Shown here: one piece after another, positions 37,984-47,227 of the stretch
Layout of the letters: each line of letters opens with the position of its first letter
How positions within the stretch are numbered: position 1 is the stretch's first letter
Assembly (NCBI GenBank): GCA_050246815.1
Contig: JBFWVI010000022.1
Location: forward strand, 1-50,029
DNA from: Bdellovibrionales bacterium
GTDB taxonomy: Bacteria; Bdellovibrionota; Bdellovibrionia; Bdellovibrionales; UBA1609
Length of the DNA: 50,029 nucleotides
Direction of reading: 5' to 3'
Program-made: the position numbers and the translations under genes
The notes under the pieces: generated by a model
What the model was told of the DNA's origin: nothing
The model's database searches: none
What the model saw: only the letters and a program-made list of their open reading frames with translations

Positions 37984-39646
37984 ATCTCTTAATGTAATTG
38001 TAAAATGCCAAAAGCGTCAAAAATCCCGCCAGCCCCAAAGTGATCGCACTTAAAAGAGGCAAGCCCAGCACCCAGGTCTCGCCGGGATGTTGCCAGAACA
38101 AAGCACTGCTGATGGTCAAACCCGCGATCACTAGGCCCAAAAAGTTGAGGTTCGCGGATTTTTCCATGGAGCGCTGAAGGCCGCTTAACTCACCCACGCT
38201 GAGTTTTAATTGCCAATCCGGACTGTTCACGCGGCGAAATAGCTGACGCAGTTGGCGCGGAAGCACGCTTAATAGCGCGTTGACATCGCGGCTCATCAAC
38301 GCGGCTTCTTTAAGAAGCTTGGTGCTTTCATGGCGAGCTTTGACCAGATCGGAAGCGAACTCCAGCGCGTAAGTCATAAAATCAAAATCACCCATGATGA
38401 TACGGCCCATGCCCTCGATGGTGACGATGGATTTAAAGAACAACACCAGTTCGCTGGGCAAAATCAAACCGTGGCGCGCGGCCACGGCCGTGGAATCCAA
38501 AAGCAAGCGGCCCACGTTCACATGTTTGAGTGTCAAACCAAAATAGGGAGCGATCAGATCGCGCAGATCCCGGGCAAAGCGATCGACGTCCACGCCTTCG
38601 ATGTACGGCGCCAAATCAAAGTACAAATAGGCCAGACGGTCATAATCTTCTTCAGCCAAGGCCACCAGCATATTGGCGATAGCGGTTTGACTTTTGCGAT
38701 TCAGCCGCCCCACCACGCCAAAGTCGATTAAGCCAATTTTGCTGTCTGGCAGAACAAACATATTGCCCGCGTGCAAATCGCCGTGGAACAAGCCGTCGCT
38801 AAACACCATTTTCAAGTATGCGCGAAGCCCCCGCTTTAAAACAGTTTCAGGTTCGATCCCTTCTTGGCTTAAGGCATTGCGGTGGCTTAACGGAATGCCG
38901 TCCAAGGCTTCCATCACCAAAACGCGGCGACCAGTGTATTCACCGAAGACGTTGGGGATTTTGATATTGGGTTCGCCCGCAAAATTTTGTTGAAACCGAC
39001 GGATGTTGTTGGCTTCAATCACGAAGTTGGTTTCCATGGCCAGGGTCTTCGCAAACTCCTCCACCACACCAATCGGATTAAATGGCTTCACTTGCGGCAC
39101 ATAGCGATCCAGCACTTGAGCCAAAAACTGCAGCAGCACCAAATCTTCGCCGATGACCTTTTCAATCCCGGGGCGCTGAACTTTCACCACCACAGCTTGA
39201 CCGTTTTTCAAGCGCGCCCGGTGCACTTGGGCGATGCTGGCGGCACCCAGGGGCTGTTGCTCAAACTCGATAAACACTTCGCTCAACTCTTTGCCGAAGT
39301 GATTGCTAATCACCCGCTCGATTTCAGAAAACGCCACCGTGGGCACTTGGTCGTGCAGCTTTCGAAACTCTTCTAAAAAATCGGGCGGCACCAGATCGGG
39401 GCGTGAAGCCATCAACTGCCCCAGCTTCACGAAGGTCGGCCCCAGCTCTTCAAAGGCCAAACGCATGCGCACGGGCGCAGGCTGATCTTCGATGTCTTTG
39501 CTCATGAAGCGGTCTAAAACAAAGCGGCCTAACTTAGCCTCTTCGACGACCTGGTGGAACCCGTTTCGAACGAAAACGCTTATTATTGTTTTTAGCCGGG
39601 CGGCGTTTTTCAGAGGGCTTGTTTTTCGATTGGGAATGATCAACAC
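37982..39646 (-). CDS. AarF/ABC1/UbiB-family kinase
   Basis: LGPTFVKLGQ, AASIAQVH, VKVQRP, FHGDLHAGN, IDFG; start uncertain. Confidence 0.92.
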   Translation of the reverse strand: MLIIPNRKTSPLKNAARLKTIISVFVRNGFHQVVEEAKLGRFVLDRFMSKDIEDQPAPVRMRLAFEELGPTFVKLGQLMASRPDLVPPDFLEEFRKLHDQVPTVAFSEIERVISNHFGKELSEVFIEFEQQPLGAASIAQVHRARLKNGQAVVVKVQRPGIEKVIGEDLVLLQFLAQVLDRYVPQVKPFNPIGVVEEFAKTLAMETNFVIEANNIRRFQQNFAGEPNIKIPNVFGEYTGRRVLVMEALDGIPLSHRNALSQEGIEPETVLKRGLRAYLKMVFSDGLFHGDLHAGNMFVLPDSKIGLIDFGVVGRLNRKSQTAIANMLVALAEEDYDRLAYLYFDLAPYIEGVDVDRFARDLRDLIAPYFGLTLKHVNVGRLLLDSTAVAARHGLILPSELVLFFKSIVTIEGMGRIIMGDFDFMTYALEFASDLVKARHESTKLLKEAALMSRDVNALLSVLPRQLRQLFRRVNSPDWQLKLSVGELSGLQRSMEKSANLNFLGLVIAGLTISSALFWQHPGETWVLGLPLLSAITLGLAGFLTLLAFYNYIKR

Positions 39647-41633
39647 GCTCTCGACCTTTGTTTTGAGGCTCTTTCGTCGCCAGTTCGACTTTGACTCCGG
39701 CGGGCACAAAATCGATCCGGCCCTCATCCACATTCACCGCAGCCACGGTCACGGTGAAGGGATCGCCGATCTTGATCACATGCCCTGACCTTCTGCCTAC
39801 CAGTCGCATATTTTTCTCGTCAAATTCAAAACGATCCCCAGGCAGGGTTTCCAGGCGCACAAGGCCATCCACGTCAAATTGGCGTAAGATCACAAATAGA
39901 CCGAATTTGGTGACGGAGCTGACCATACCCTCAAATTCATTGCCCAATTGCTTTTGCATGAAGCGAGCTTTTTTGATGGCCTTGATTTGACGCTCTGCCT
40001 TCGCCGAACGCTGCTCACAGGCGCTTAAAAAGGCGCCCGTCGAGCCTAAATCATCGCCCGAGATCATTTCATAGCCCCGAATCTTGAGCAAAGCCTTCAT
40101 CTGGCGATGCACGATCAGATCGGGGTAACGGCGAATGGGGGAGGTGAAATGCGCATAGTCTTGAAAGCCCAAACCAAAGTGGCCGATGTTTTCAGAACTG
40201 TATTGGGCCTGTGCCATGGACCTGAGGGTTAAAACGTTCAAGATGTGCTCTTGCGGATGACCCGCGAAGTCTTGTAACGCCTTGGTGATTTTCTTTTGCA
40301 GTCCACCGCCCACGATTTGGCGCTTTGAACCCAAGGTGGCCATGAATTTTTCAAGATTCGAGATCGCATCCGGATTCGGCGAATCATGAATACGATAAAG
40401 CGCCGGCACGGATCTGGCAGTGAATTGTTTGGCCACCGCCACATTGGCCATCAACATCAGCTCTTCGATCAAGCGATGCGCAAACAGGCGCTCGGATTGC
40501 AAAACGTCCACCGGCTGGCCGGTCTCGTCGATTTCAAGTTCGGTCTCGGGGATTTCCAAATCCAAAGAGCCTTCTTTAAAACGCTTGGCCATTAAAATTT
40601 TAGCTAAATCACCCGCCCGCTTAATGTCAGCCGCCACATGAGCCAGATCTTTGGGAATGTTGTTGTCGATGACCTCTTGGGCCTCGCCGTAGGTAACGCG
40701 CGCTTTGCTTTCGATCACGGCCTCATAAAACTGGCTGTCCAACAAATCGCCGGTGAAGCTGAGCTGCATTTCAGAAACAAACGACAACCGTGGAACTTTG
40801 GGCTTGAGCGAACAAAGCTCATTGCTTAATTTTTCTGGCAGCATCGGCGCCACGAAGTTCGGAAAGTACGTGCTGGTTCCGCGCTCGTAGGCATCTTGGT
40901 CGATACCGGTGCCCGGCTTCACATAATGGCTGACGTCCGCAATGGCCACCCAAAGCCGAAAGCCACGATCGCTGGATTCCACATAAATCGCGTCATCGAA
41001 ATCTTTGGCGGTGCGCCCATCAATGGTGATGAAATTTAAATTGCGCAGGTCTTTGCGGCCGCTCAAATCGCGTTCGCTGACTTCGTTGGGTAAACGCGCG
41101 GCCTCTTGTAAAGCCCTTGCTGAAAATTCGTGAGGAATGTTGTGGGTATGTAAAACGCGAATGGAATCATTTAGCGGATTTGCAGCATCGCCGATCACGG
41201 CGACAGCTTTGCCGGTCAGACCTTCACCGGCATCCGGATAAGTGACCACATCCACCGAAATCCAATCGCCTGGTTTAATGTGCAAATTCATCGGGTTTTT
41301 GACGATCACATCGGCGCCCCATGCAAAACTGTGGTCGCGCAAACAGCCCTGACCACCACCCAACTCTTCATAGCGCCCCGTCACCCGCTTCACGGCGCGG
41401 CTGATGATTTGCTGAATCTCACCGCGAAAGCGCTGGCCACCGGGTTCGCGCATCACTCGCACGGTGACACGGTCATTGGCCATCACCCCTGACATTTCAT
41501 GGCGCGGAATGTAGACATCAGGTGCTTCAGTGTCGTCGGGGACGAAAAAGCCAAACCCATCCGGGTGCCTTTTTACGATTCCAGTTAATGATTGATTTTT
41601 TGCTGCTGAACGTTGCCGAGGAATTTTTGACAT
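39534..41633 (-). CDS. rnr: Ribonuclease R
   Basis: HPDGFGF, TIDGRTAKDFDDA, HFTSPIRRYPD, S1 domain, basic tail. Confidence 0.95.
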   Translation of the reverse strand: MSKIPRQRSAAKNQSLTGIVKRHPDGFGFFVPDDTEAPDVYIPRHEMSGVMANDRVTVRVMREPGGQRFRGEIQQIISRAVKRVTGRYEELGGGQGCLRDHSFAWGADVIVKNPMNLHIKPGDWISVDVVTYPDAGEGLTGKAVAVIGDAANPLNDSIRVLHTHNIPHEFSARALQEAARLPNEVSERDLSGRKDLRNLNFITIDGRTAKDFDDAIYVESSDRGFRLWVAIADVSHYVKPGTGIDQDAYERGTSTYFPNFVAPMLPEKLSNELCSLKPKVPRLSFVSEMQLSFTGDLLDSQFYEAVIESKARVTYGEAQEVIDNNIPKDLAHVAADIKRAGDLAKILMAKRFKEGSLDLEIPETELEIDETGQPVDVLQSERLFAHRLIEELMLMANVAVAKQFTARSVPALYRIHDSPNPDAISNLEKFMATLGSKRQIVGGGLQKKITKALQDFAGHPQEHILNVLTLRSMAQAQYSSENIGHFGLGFQDYAHFTSPIRRYPDLIVHRQMKALLKIRGYEMISGDDLGSTGAFLSACEQRSAKAERQIKAIKKARFMQKQLGNEFEGMVSSVTKFGLFVILRQFDVDGLVRLETLPGDRFEFDEKNMRLVGRRSGHVIKIGDPFTVTVAAVNVDEGRIDFVPAGVKVELATKEPQNKGRERVDHSQSKNKPSEKRRPAKNNNKRFRSKRVPPGRRRG

Positions 41634-41693
41634 GATCTTCGCTTAACGTAACACGATTGCGGCGGACTCACAATGCCGGATTGCGCAATAACT

Positions 41694-42191
41694 TTAAATC
41701 CGCCGATACTTGAGAAAGTTAAAATACTTAGAGGGGATAATATCAATCTCAGTTTTGGCTCCACAAGATTTGCAAACACCATTTTCAGGCAATGACGAGC
41801 CCTCTTTGGTGTCAACGCTGCCTTCCATATAGTCTTTGCCTCGTACCGCCAAATAAGATTCTTCCTTGCCGCAGGCCGGACAAGCATAAGGAACAAAAAA
41901 TGATTCCACGATGGCGCCCATGGGCAAAAAGCCCTGCAAGATGTTCATCTGATCGACCACCGTGCGTGGACAATTGCGAAACACCATCTGGCTTTTGACT
42001 TTCAGTTGTTTGATCCACATCACCCAGTTGCGAAGTCCCATGGAATTGAGATTTTTGACCTCGCTCAAATCCAGATAGATCAGCTTGCTGCCTTCCAAAC
42101 GCAACTGTGAAAAATCACTGTTTTCGTTGATGGTGCCGCTGATGTGGATGACACACTCGTTGCCTTTATTCTCAACCCGGAATTGTTTCAA
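41694..42191 (-). CDS. STAS-like domain protein with C-terminal CxxC/CxxC zinc ribbon
   Basis: ISGTINE, LDLSEVKNLNSMGL, CPAC and CKSC. Confidence 0.75.
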   Translation of the reverse strand: MKQFRVENKGNECVIHISGTINENSDFSQLRLEGSKLIYLDLSEVKNLNSMGLRNWVMWIKQLKVKSQMVFRNCPRTVVDQMNILQGFLPMGAIVESFFVPYACPACGKEESYLAVRGKDYMEGSVDTKEGSSLPENGVCKSCGAKTEIDIIPSKYFNFLKYRRI

Positions 42192-42193
42192 TC

Positions 42194-43174
42194 TTAAACC
42201 TCAATCACCATGCCCTCGCGGGCAAAACACCAGTCGACTTCGTGCACCGGCTCGTTCTGCTCTTTTAGACTTCGCACGATAGCCTGGTAGTATTCGCGTG
42301 TCTGCCCTTCGATCTTGGCAATTTTGCCATCTGAAGCGGCAGGATCGTGATGGATGAAAAACACCCGCTTCACTTTTTCGCGCATGGCCAGATCCAATCC
42401 AATCGGCGCCGAAGCATGGCCCCAATTGATGCGCTCAGTGGCTTCGACAAACGAATACTGAGCATCGAAAATCATCGCATCGACGTTTTGATAAAGGGGC
42501 AGGTCGGGCCCCAATTCACTGGCACTCATACGGATACATTCGGAGTCCACGCAGTACGCCAGAACTTTTTTATCGTGTTCAAAGCGATAGCCCCAACAGG
42601 GATCCGGATGATCGAGTTCATACGGAGTGTATTCAATGTCGCGCAGTTGAACCTTTTGGCGTGGCGACAACCGATGAAAATGGATCTTGGCACCCAATTG
42701 ATCAAAGGGCACCGGAAAGCGCGGCTTTTCGAACATCGAGCGCACATGATCGGGTAAGTCTTCTTGCACGGCGTACATATGGATTTGATTGCCGGGAATA
42801 AACATCGGCAAAAAAAACGGCAGGCCGATCAAGTGATCCCAGTGAAAGTGAGTGAATAAAATATGAACTTCACCGCGACCCAAACCACATGGGCCCATCA
42901 CCAACTGTTCACCCAAACGACGCAAACCGCTGCCACCATCGATGATCACATTGGCTTTGGGAGTGGTGACTTGAATGCATGCGGTATGGCCGCCAAAGCC
43001 GCCCTTGCGACTATGTGGCAAACTATTAAGAAATTCTTTAACCGACTTGCCGCCCTTTGACTGGTAAGCGACAAATTCTTCAAGCGTCTGCAAAAGACGC
43101 TCTTCAAGCTGGGCTGGAGTGTGGGGCGCGGGCAAGGATCCGCGAATCCCCCAAAGGTGAACTTTCATCGCCAT
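42194..43174 (-). CDS. Metallo-beta-lactamase-fold hydrolase (phosphodiesterase-like)
   Basis: WGIRGS, DGGSG, THFHWDH, DAQY, WGH, HHDP. Confidence 0.9.
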   Translation of the reverse strand: MAMKVHLWGIRGSLPAPHTPAQLEERLLQTLEEFVAYQSKGGKSVKEFLNSLPHSRKGGFGGHTACIQVTTPKANVIIDGGSGLRRLGEQLVMGPCGLGRGEVHILFTHFHWDHLIGLPFFLPMFIPGNQIHMYAVQEDLPDHVRSMFEKPRFPVPFDQLGAKIHFHRLSPRQKVQLRDIEYTPYELDHPDPCWGYRFEHDKKVLAYCVDSECIRMSASELGPDLPLYQNVDAMIFDAQYSFVEATERINWGHASAPIGLDLAMREKVKRVFFIHHDPAASDGKIAKIEGQTREYYQAIVRSLKEQNEPVHEVDWCFAREGMVIEV

Positions 43175-43234
43175 TTAAAGATGTTAGCAAGAGAATCAAA
43201 GGCCAAGCAACCGGCCTAGGCCTGGACGGCCAGT

Positions 43235-44071
43235 CTACTTTTTCAAGCAAAGCTTGCGAATTGAGACTGAGTCTAACAACCCGCCATAAGTATTCTGTGC
43301 CCCGGAGGCACGGAACAAGATCTTGTTCAAACCCTTGTTGATCGGCACCACAACCTTGACCTTTTGCCAGGTCGAACTGGGCACATCCGCCACGGATCTG
43401 ATTTTTGAATTGCCCACAAACACGTCAATGCGATTGTCGTCGGCGGTTTGGACGCGGCCGCGATACTGAAAGCTCACACAATACTTGGCGCTGTATTTCA
43501 CATTCAAGACTTGATACATCCCTGAGTTGGTTTTGCCACCGCGAGCGGTGTTTGAGTGACTGTCGAGTTCGACCAGATGTTTGCCAGATGCGGCCGCAAC
43601 CACTCCGCCAGATTGAATTTCAATACCAGAAGTGCCGTCTTCGGCGTACCACGAAACATCACAATCTTGTCCGGGCAAGCTGGCGAACACATCCCAAAGC
43701 TTGCCGTCCGCCAAAGCATTCAGGGCAACGCCGTTGGTTAAGCCAACGCGGCTATCGACGACTTCAAAGTCTCCATTGTCGATCAATTCAGAGCCGCACT
43801 CTTCATATTGACCGCCAACCGAACAATCAGCCACGTCCTCGGGTGGACCATCATCTGGAGGATCTTGCGGATCATCCGGGGTGATCGGCGGCTCGTCTGT
43901 GGGCGGAATATCCTGGGAAATATTGTCCCCACCTTTTTCGGAACCCGCGATGCTGAAACGAGCCGGCGAGCAGTTTTGAAAGAACGAGGTCACCGAGGCT
44001 AAGATTAGCACATGAACCGCAACTAAAATAGCTGTGGCGGTTTTTGATTTCAGTAAATGCAGATGGCTCAT
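43235..44071 (-). CDS. FQNC-type lipoprotein with Pro/Asp linker and carbohydrate-binding-like beta-sandwich
   Basis: FFQNCS, PPTDEPP linker, LIDNGDFE, VELDS, GGLLDSVS. Confidence 0.75.
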   Translation of the reverse strand: MSHLHLLKSKTATAILVAVHVLILASVTSFFQNCSPARFSIAGSEKGGDNISQDIPPTDEPPITPDDPQDPPDDGPPEDVADCSVGGQYEECGSELIDNGDFEVVDSRVGLTNGVALNALADGKLWDVFASLPGQDCDVSWYAEDGTSGIEIQSGGVVAAASGKHLVELDSHSNTARGGKTNSGMYQVLNVKYSAKYCVSFQYRGRVQTADDNRIDVFVGNSKIRSVADVPSSTWQKVKVVVPINKGLNKILFRASGAQNTYGGLLDSVSIRKLCLKK

Positions 44072-44095
44072 GTCTCCCCCGACATGTTGATAAAG

Positions 44096-44111
44096 AGCAA
44101 AGGCCAGACCA
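44096..44111 (-). promoter_or_regulatory. Sigma54 promoter TGGTCTGGCCTTTGCT
   Basis: GG-N10-GC, 25 bp upstream of the ATG at 44071. Confidence 0.65.
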
Positions 44112-44151
44112 ACGGCCAAAACTCCAAATCGAAATTAAGAGGCCGGCGATT

Positions 44152-44166
44152 GTCTCAGCCTGAGAC
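44152..44166. promoter_or_regulatory. Palindrome GTCTCA-GCC-TGAGAC
   Basis: Same dyad as 19095-19109. Confidence 0.5.
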
Positions 44167-44392
44167 TGACTTGCTTCTCAGTAAAAAAGTGTCATCTGCA
44201 AAACCCGCTTTGCCCCGCTGAGTAGCATAAAACATGAGTAAAATTGATCCGTTATGACCTTGTCGTAAAAAGTCTAAACAGCCGACCATCACCCCCCGGC
44301 TCCTGTTTGATTAGGAACTCCGCGTTTGCACTTCGAAAAGCCGCGGGCGTAAATTAATCTCAAAACAAAACACCTTGGCCCCCGAGGATTGA

Positions 44393-45178
44393 GTGGAGCG
44401 ACTGCTGAGTTTGGCGCAAAAAACGGTGGATTTGGTTGCGGATCATTGGACGGTCGCTCACCCTGCGACTGATCAACTGCGCCGATTAAAAATCGTCGGC
44501 CATCGTGGAATTGGCTCTGGTCCCGGCGAAAATCAAATCGCGGGTTTTGTGGCCTGCGCCGAAGCCGGAGTATGGGGTGTTGAGCTGGATGTGCGCTGGA
44601 CCCGCGACAATGTTCCCATCGTGCTGCATGATGCAAACACCCGTCGCGTCTTCGCTGCTCCTGTGTGTCACCCTCAGCAGCTTACCTGGATTGAGCTGCA
44701 GTGCTGTCAACCGGGTGTGCCCTCGCTGCAACAAGTGCTCAGCGCTTTGCGCGGGCGCTGCCACCTGATGATCGAAATCAAAGAAGAGTTCACGCCTGAG
44801 CGCGAAGAGATTTTGTCGCACATCCTTTCGCTGCTTCGTCCTAAAGAACACTATCATCTACTGACTTTGGAGCCCGCTTTGCTTGAGAACTGCCAGAAAT
44901 TCAAGGCGGACTGTCGTGTGCTGGTCAGCGAGCTCAATGCGGCCCAGGCCTCGCGCTATGTTTTGAGGAATGCTTGGGGTGGCACCGCGGGCCATTATTT
45001 GCTGCAGACCACCAAACAAATTGCCGCCCATCATCACGCGGGACAGGCTGTGGGTGCGGGTTTTATCACTAGCTTCAATAATGTTTGTCGACAGTTACAC
45101 CGTCAAATCGACTGGATTTTTAGCGACCAGGCCGTGAATTTACAGCAGGCCATTCGACGCCATCTTGACCAAACTTAA
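44393..45178 (+). CDS. Glycerophosphodiester phosphodiesterase family protein
   Basis: GHRG, EN, ELDV, HD, IEIK. Confidence 0.88.
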   Translation: MERLLSLAQKTVDLVADHWTVAHPATDQLRRLKIVGHRGIGSGPGENQIAGFVACAEAGVWGVELDVRWTRDNVPIVLHDANTRRVFAAPVCHPQQLTWIELQCCQPGVPSLQQVLSALRGRCHLMIEIKEEFTPEREEILSHILSLLRPKEHYHLLTLEPALLENCQKFKADCRVLVSELNAAQASRYVLRNAWGGTAGHYLLQTTKQIAAHHHAGQAVGAGFITSFNNVCRQLHRQIDWIFSDQAVNLQQAIRRHLDQT

Positions 45179-45191
45179 GGAGCCACGTTAA

Positions 45192-46181
45192 ATGGCTCTT
45201 CCAAATGGGGAGGGCCAGATGGAAGTCGTGCAATCGCGTTTTACCACGGAACAAGTTCCCGAGCTGAGCCTGGCCGATTATTTGAGTGGTTCAAGTGAAG
45301 CCCGCCGCCAATTCATCGAGGATCTGTTTCGCGGCCTGAAGTATTTCGGTTTCATCGTCTTGAAGGACCACCCGATCGACGAAGATCTTCTGGCCCACGC
45401 TTATGATTTAAGCCAACGTCTGTTCGCCCTACCTGAAGAGCGCAAGCGCTCTTACATTTGCTCCGCTGGAGCCGGGCAACGTGGCTATACGCCCTTTGGT
45501 CGCGAACACGCCAAAGATTCCAAATTTCCCGATTTGAAAGAGTTCTGGCATGTGGGCCGTGACTTTGCGCCCACCAGCAAATTTATAGATCAATATCCCG
45601 CGAATATCTGGCCCGAAGAATTCCCTGATTTCAAACCCGTGTACCAACGCCTTTATGAATCCTTGGACGGTGTGGGTCGCGTGATCCTGCGCGCGTTGAC
45701 CGAGCCCTTGCAACTTGAAGCCAACTACTTTGACAAAATGGTCAACCAAGGCAATTCGATTTTGCGTATGCTGCACTATCCTCCACTTGCACCCGATGTC
45801 GATCCCAATTGCATCCGTGCGGCCGCCCATGAAGATATCAATTTGATCACCATTTTGGTTTCGGCTTCCGCTTCGGGCCTGCAGCTGAAAGATCGTCGTG
45901 GTGAGTGGCTGCCGATCGAAACCAAGGCCAACAACTTAATTGTGGATGCGGGAGACATGCTGGCGCGAATCACCAATGAAGTAATTCCGTCGACCACTCA
46001 TCGCGTGGTGAACCCCGAAGGCCCCAATTTGCCACGTTATTCCATGCCGTTCTTTATGCATCCCAATCCCGATGCCTTGCTGACCTGCATTCCGTCATGC
46101 AAGGGCGACGGCGCCAAATACCCAGACATTTTGTCTGAAGACTTTTTGCAGCAGCGCTTACGAGAAATCGGGCTGAGGTAG
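45192..46181 (+). CDS. Fe(II)/2-oxoglutarate oxygenase, isopenicillin N synthase family
   Basis: RGY, LRMLHYPP, HED, GDML, HRV, RYS; alternative start 45219. Confidence 0.92.
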   Translation: MALPNGEGQMEVVQSRFTTEQVPELSLADYLSGSSEARRQFIEDLFRGLKYFGFIVLKDHPIDEDLLAHAYDLSQRLFALPEERKRSYICSAGAGQRGYTPFGREHAKDSKFPDLKEFWHVGRDFAPTSKFIDQYPANIWPEEFPDFKPVYQRLYESLDGVGRVILRALTEPLQLEANYFDKMVNQGNSILRMLHYPPLAPDVDPNCIRAAAHEDINLITILVSASASGLQLKDRRGEWLPIETKANNLIVDAGDMLARITNEVIPSTTHRVVNPEGPNLPRYSMPFFMHPNPDALLTCIPSCKGDGAKYPDILSEDFLQQRLREIGLR

Positions 46182-46269
46182 GCCCTTCTTTTCCCGTCTG
46201 CACAGCGTTACGGCAAGCAAAGCTAGCAGGGTAACGCTGTGCAGACGGGAAAAGAAGGGCCTACCTCAG
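46173..46269. repeat. REPIN-like palindrome (copy C)
   Basis: Perfect 39-bp arms (46173-46211, 46231-46269) around a 19-nt spacer. Confidence 0.92.
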
Positions 46270-46277
46270 GGGGAAAT

Positions 46278-46994
46278 ATGAGAATCATCGCATCGTCTAC
46301 GGTCTTTGCTGCCGTACTGACTTTTGCCAGCACTGCGGCGCATGCCGAAACGATCGGCTGGAATGAATGGGCTGATCGTTATCCAGGAGTTGCAAAGTAC
46401 TACACACCAGAATACTCGGGGCTAACTCTCGTTGAACAAGAAGATCGCTTTACTCCGCACTCAGGCCTTATTATCCCTGACGATTGCCAACCTCCTCGGA
46501 TCAGTGAGTCCGTCCCGGGCCTTGAAGACATGGATCCGATTATCGCCCTAGGCGAAAAAGTCTGGAAATTGATCGATGCCGGCCGCCCTGTGGTCAACTT
46601 CCAAGCACCGGTTGCGCACGCTCTTCCTAACGCCACTACCTGCTGGACCGAACTTGAAAACTGGCGCCCACCAGCCAGTCAAACGTGGGAAGTAAATTAT
46701 AAAAATGGCTTCGATATGAACGTGGTGAGATTTCGCTTTAAGGTCGTCTATTCAGCCGGAGGCAAATGGGAGAGCAAAGGCGCCTATCTTGCGAACGTCA
46801 CAGTGTTGCCCGCAGCCTTGGATGTGGCCTGGGGCTACACCGTGAACGCCCAAACCATGGTTGGCCGCGCCCTAAACCTTGGCACCAAAGAAAATCCAGT
46901 GGCGGGCTTGCAACTCTTGGTCTCGTGGAACGTGAAGACGGTGGTCAAAGATAGCACCATGAGTGAATCAATTTTCGTTCGAGCGGATCGGTAA
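46278..46994 (+). CDS. Secreted hypothetical protein with beta-rich C-terminal half
   Basis: AGGGGGA RBS, signal peptide ending AHA-E. Confidence 0.8.
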   Translation: MRIIASSTVFAAVLTFASTAAHAETIGWNEWADRYPGVAKYYTPEYSGLTLVEQEDRFTPHSGLIIPDDCQPPRISESVPGLEDMDPIIALGEKVWKLIDAGRPVVNFQAPVAHALPNATTCWTELENWRPPASQTWEVNYKNGFDMNVVRFRFKVVYSAGGKWESKGAYLANVTVLPAALDVAWGYTVNAQTMVGRALNLGTKENPVAGLQLLVSWNVKTVVKDSTMSESIFVRADR

Positions 46995-47188
46995 ATCGGG
47001 AGACACTCGGCATGCGGACCATCCGTTTCTGGTCTAAGCCACTGCCCAAAGAATTTTTACAGCGATCGATCAAATCATAAAATAGAGTTATCGACATCTT
47101 AAATGCGCACCTAAATCGCCGAGCGAATCGACGAACACATGCCGCGCGGATATGTAAAGTTGGTGCCTTCGCACCAACACTCCTGCAA

Positions 47189-47227
47189 GCAACGCAGTGC
47201 AGACGGGAAAAGAAGGGCCTACCTCAG
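47189..47227 (-). repeat. REP-like repeat, single arm (copy D)
   Basis: Reverse complement CTGAGGTAGGCCCTTCTTTTCCCGTCTGCACTGCGTTGC, 37/39 identical to the copy C arm; contains the valS stop codon. Confidence 0.9.

Noticed and set aside
28108..47227. Repeats read as a CRISPR array
   Set aside because: Copies are dispersed and inverted with no regular spacers, and no cas genes are present.
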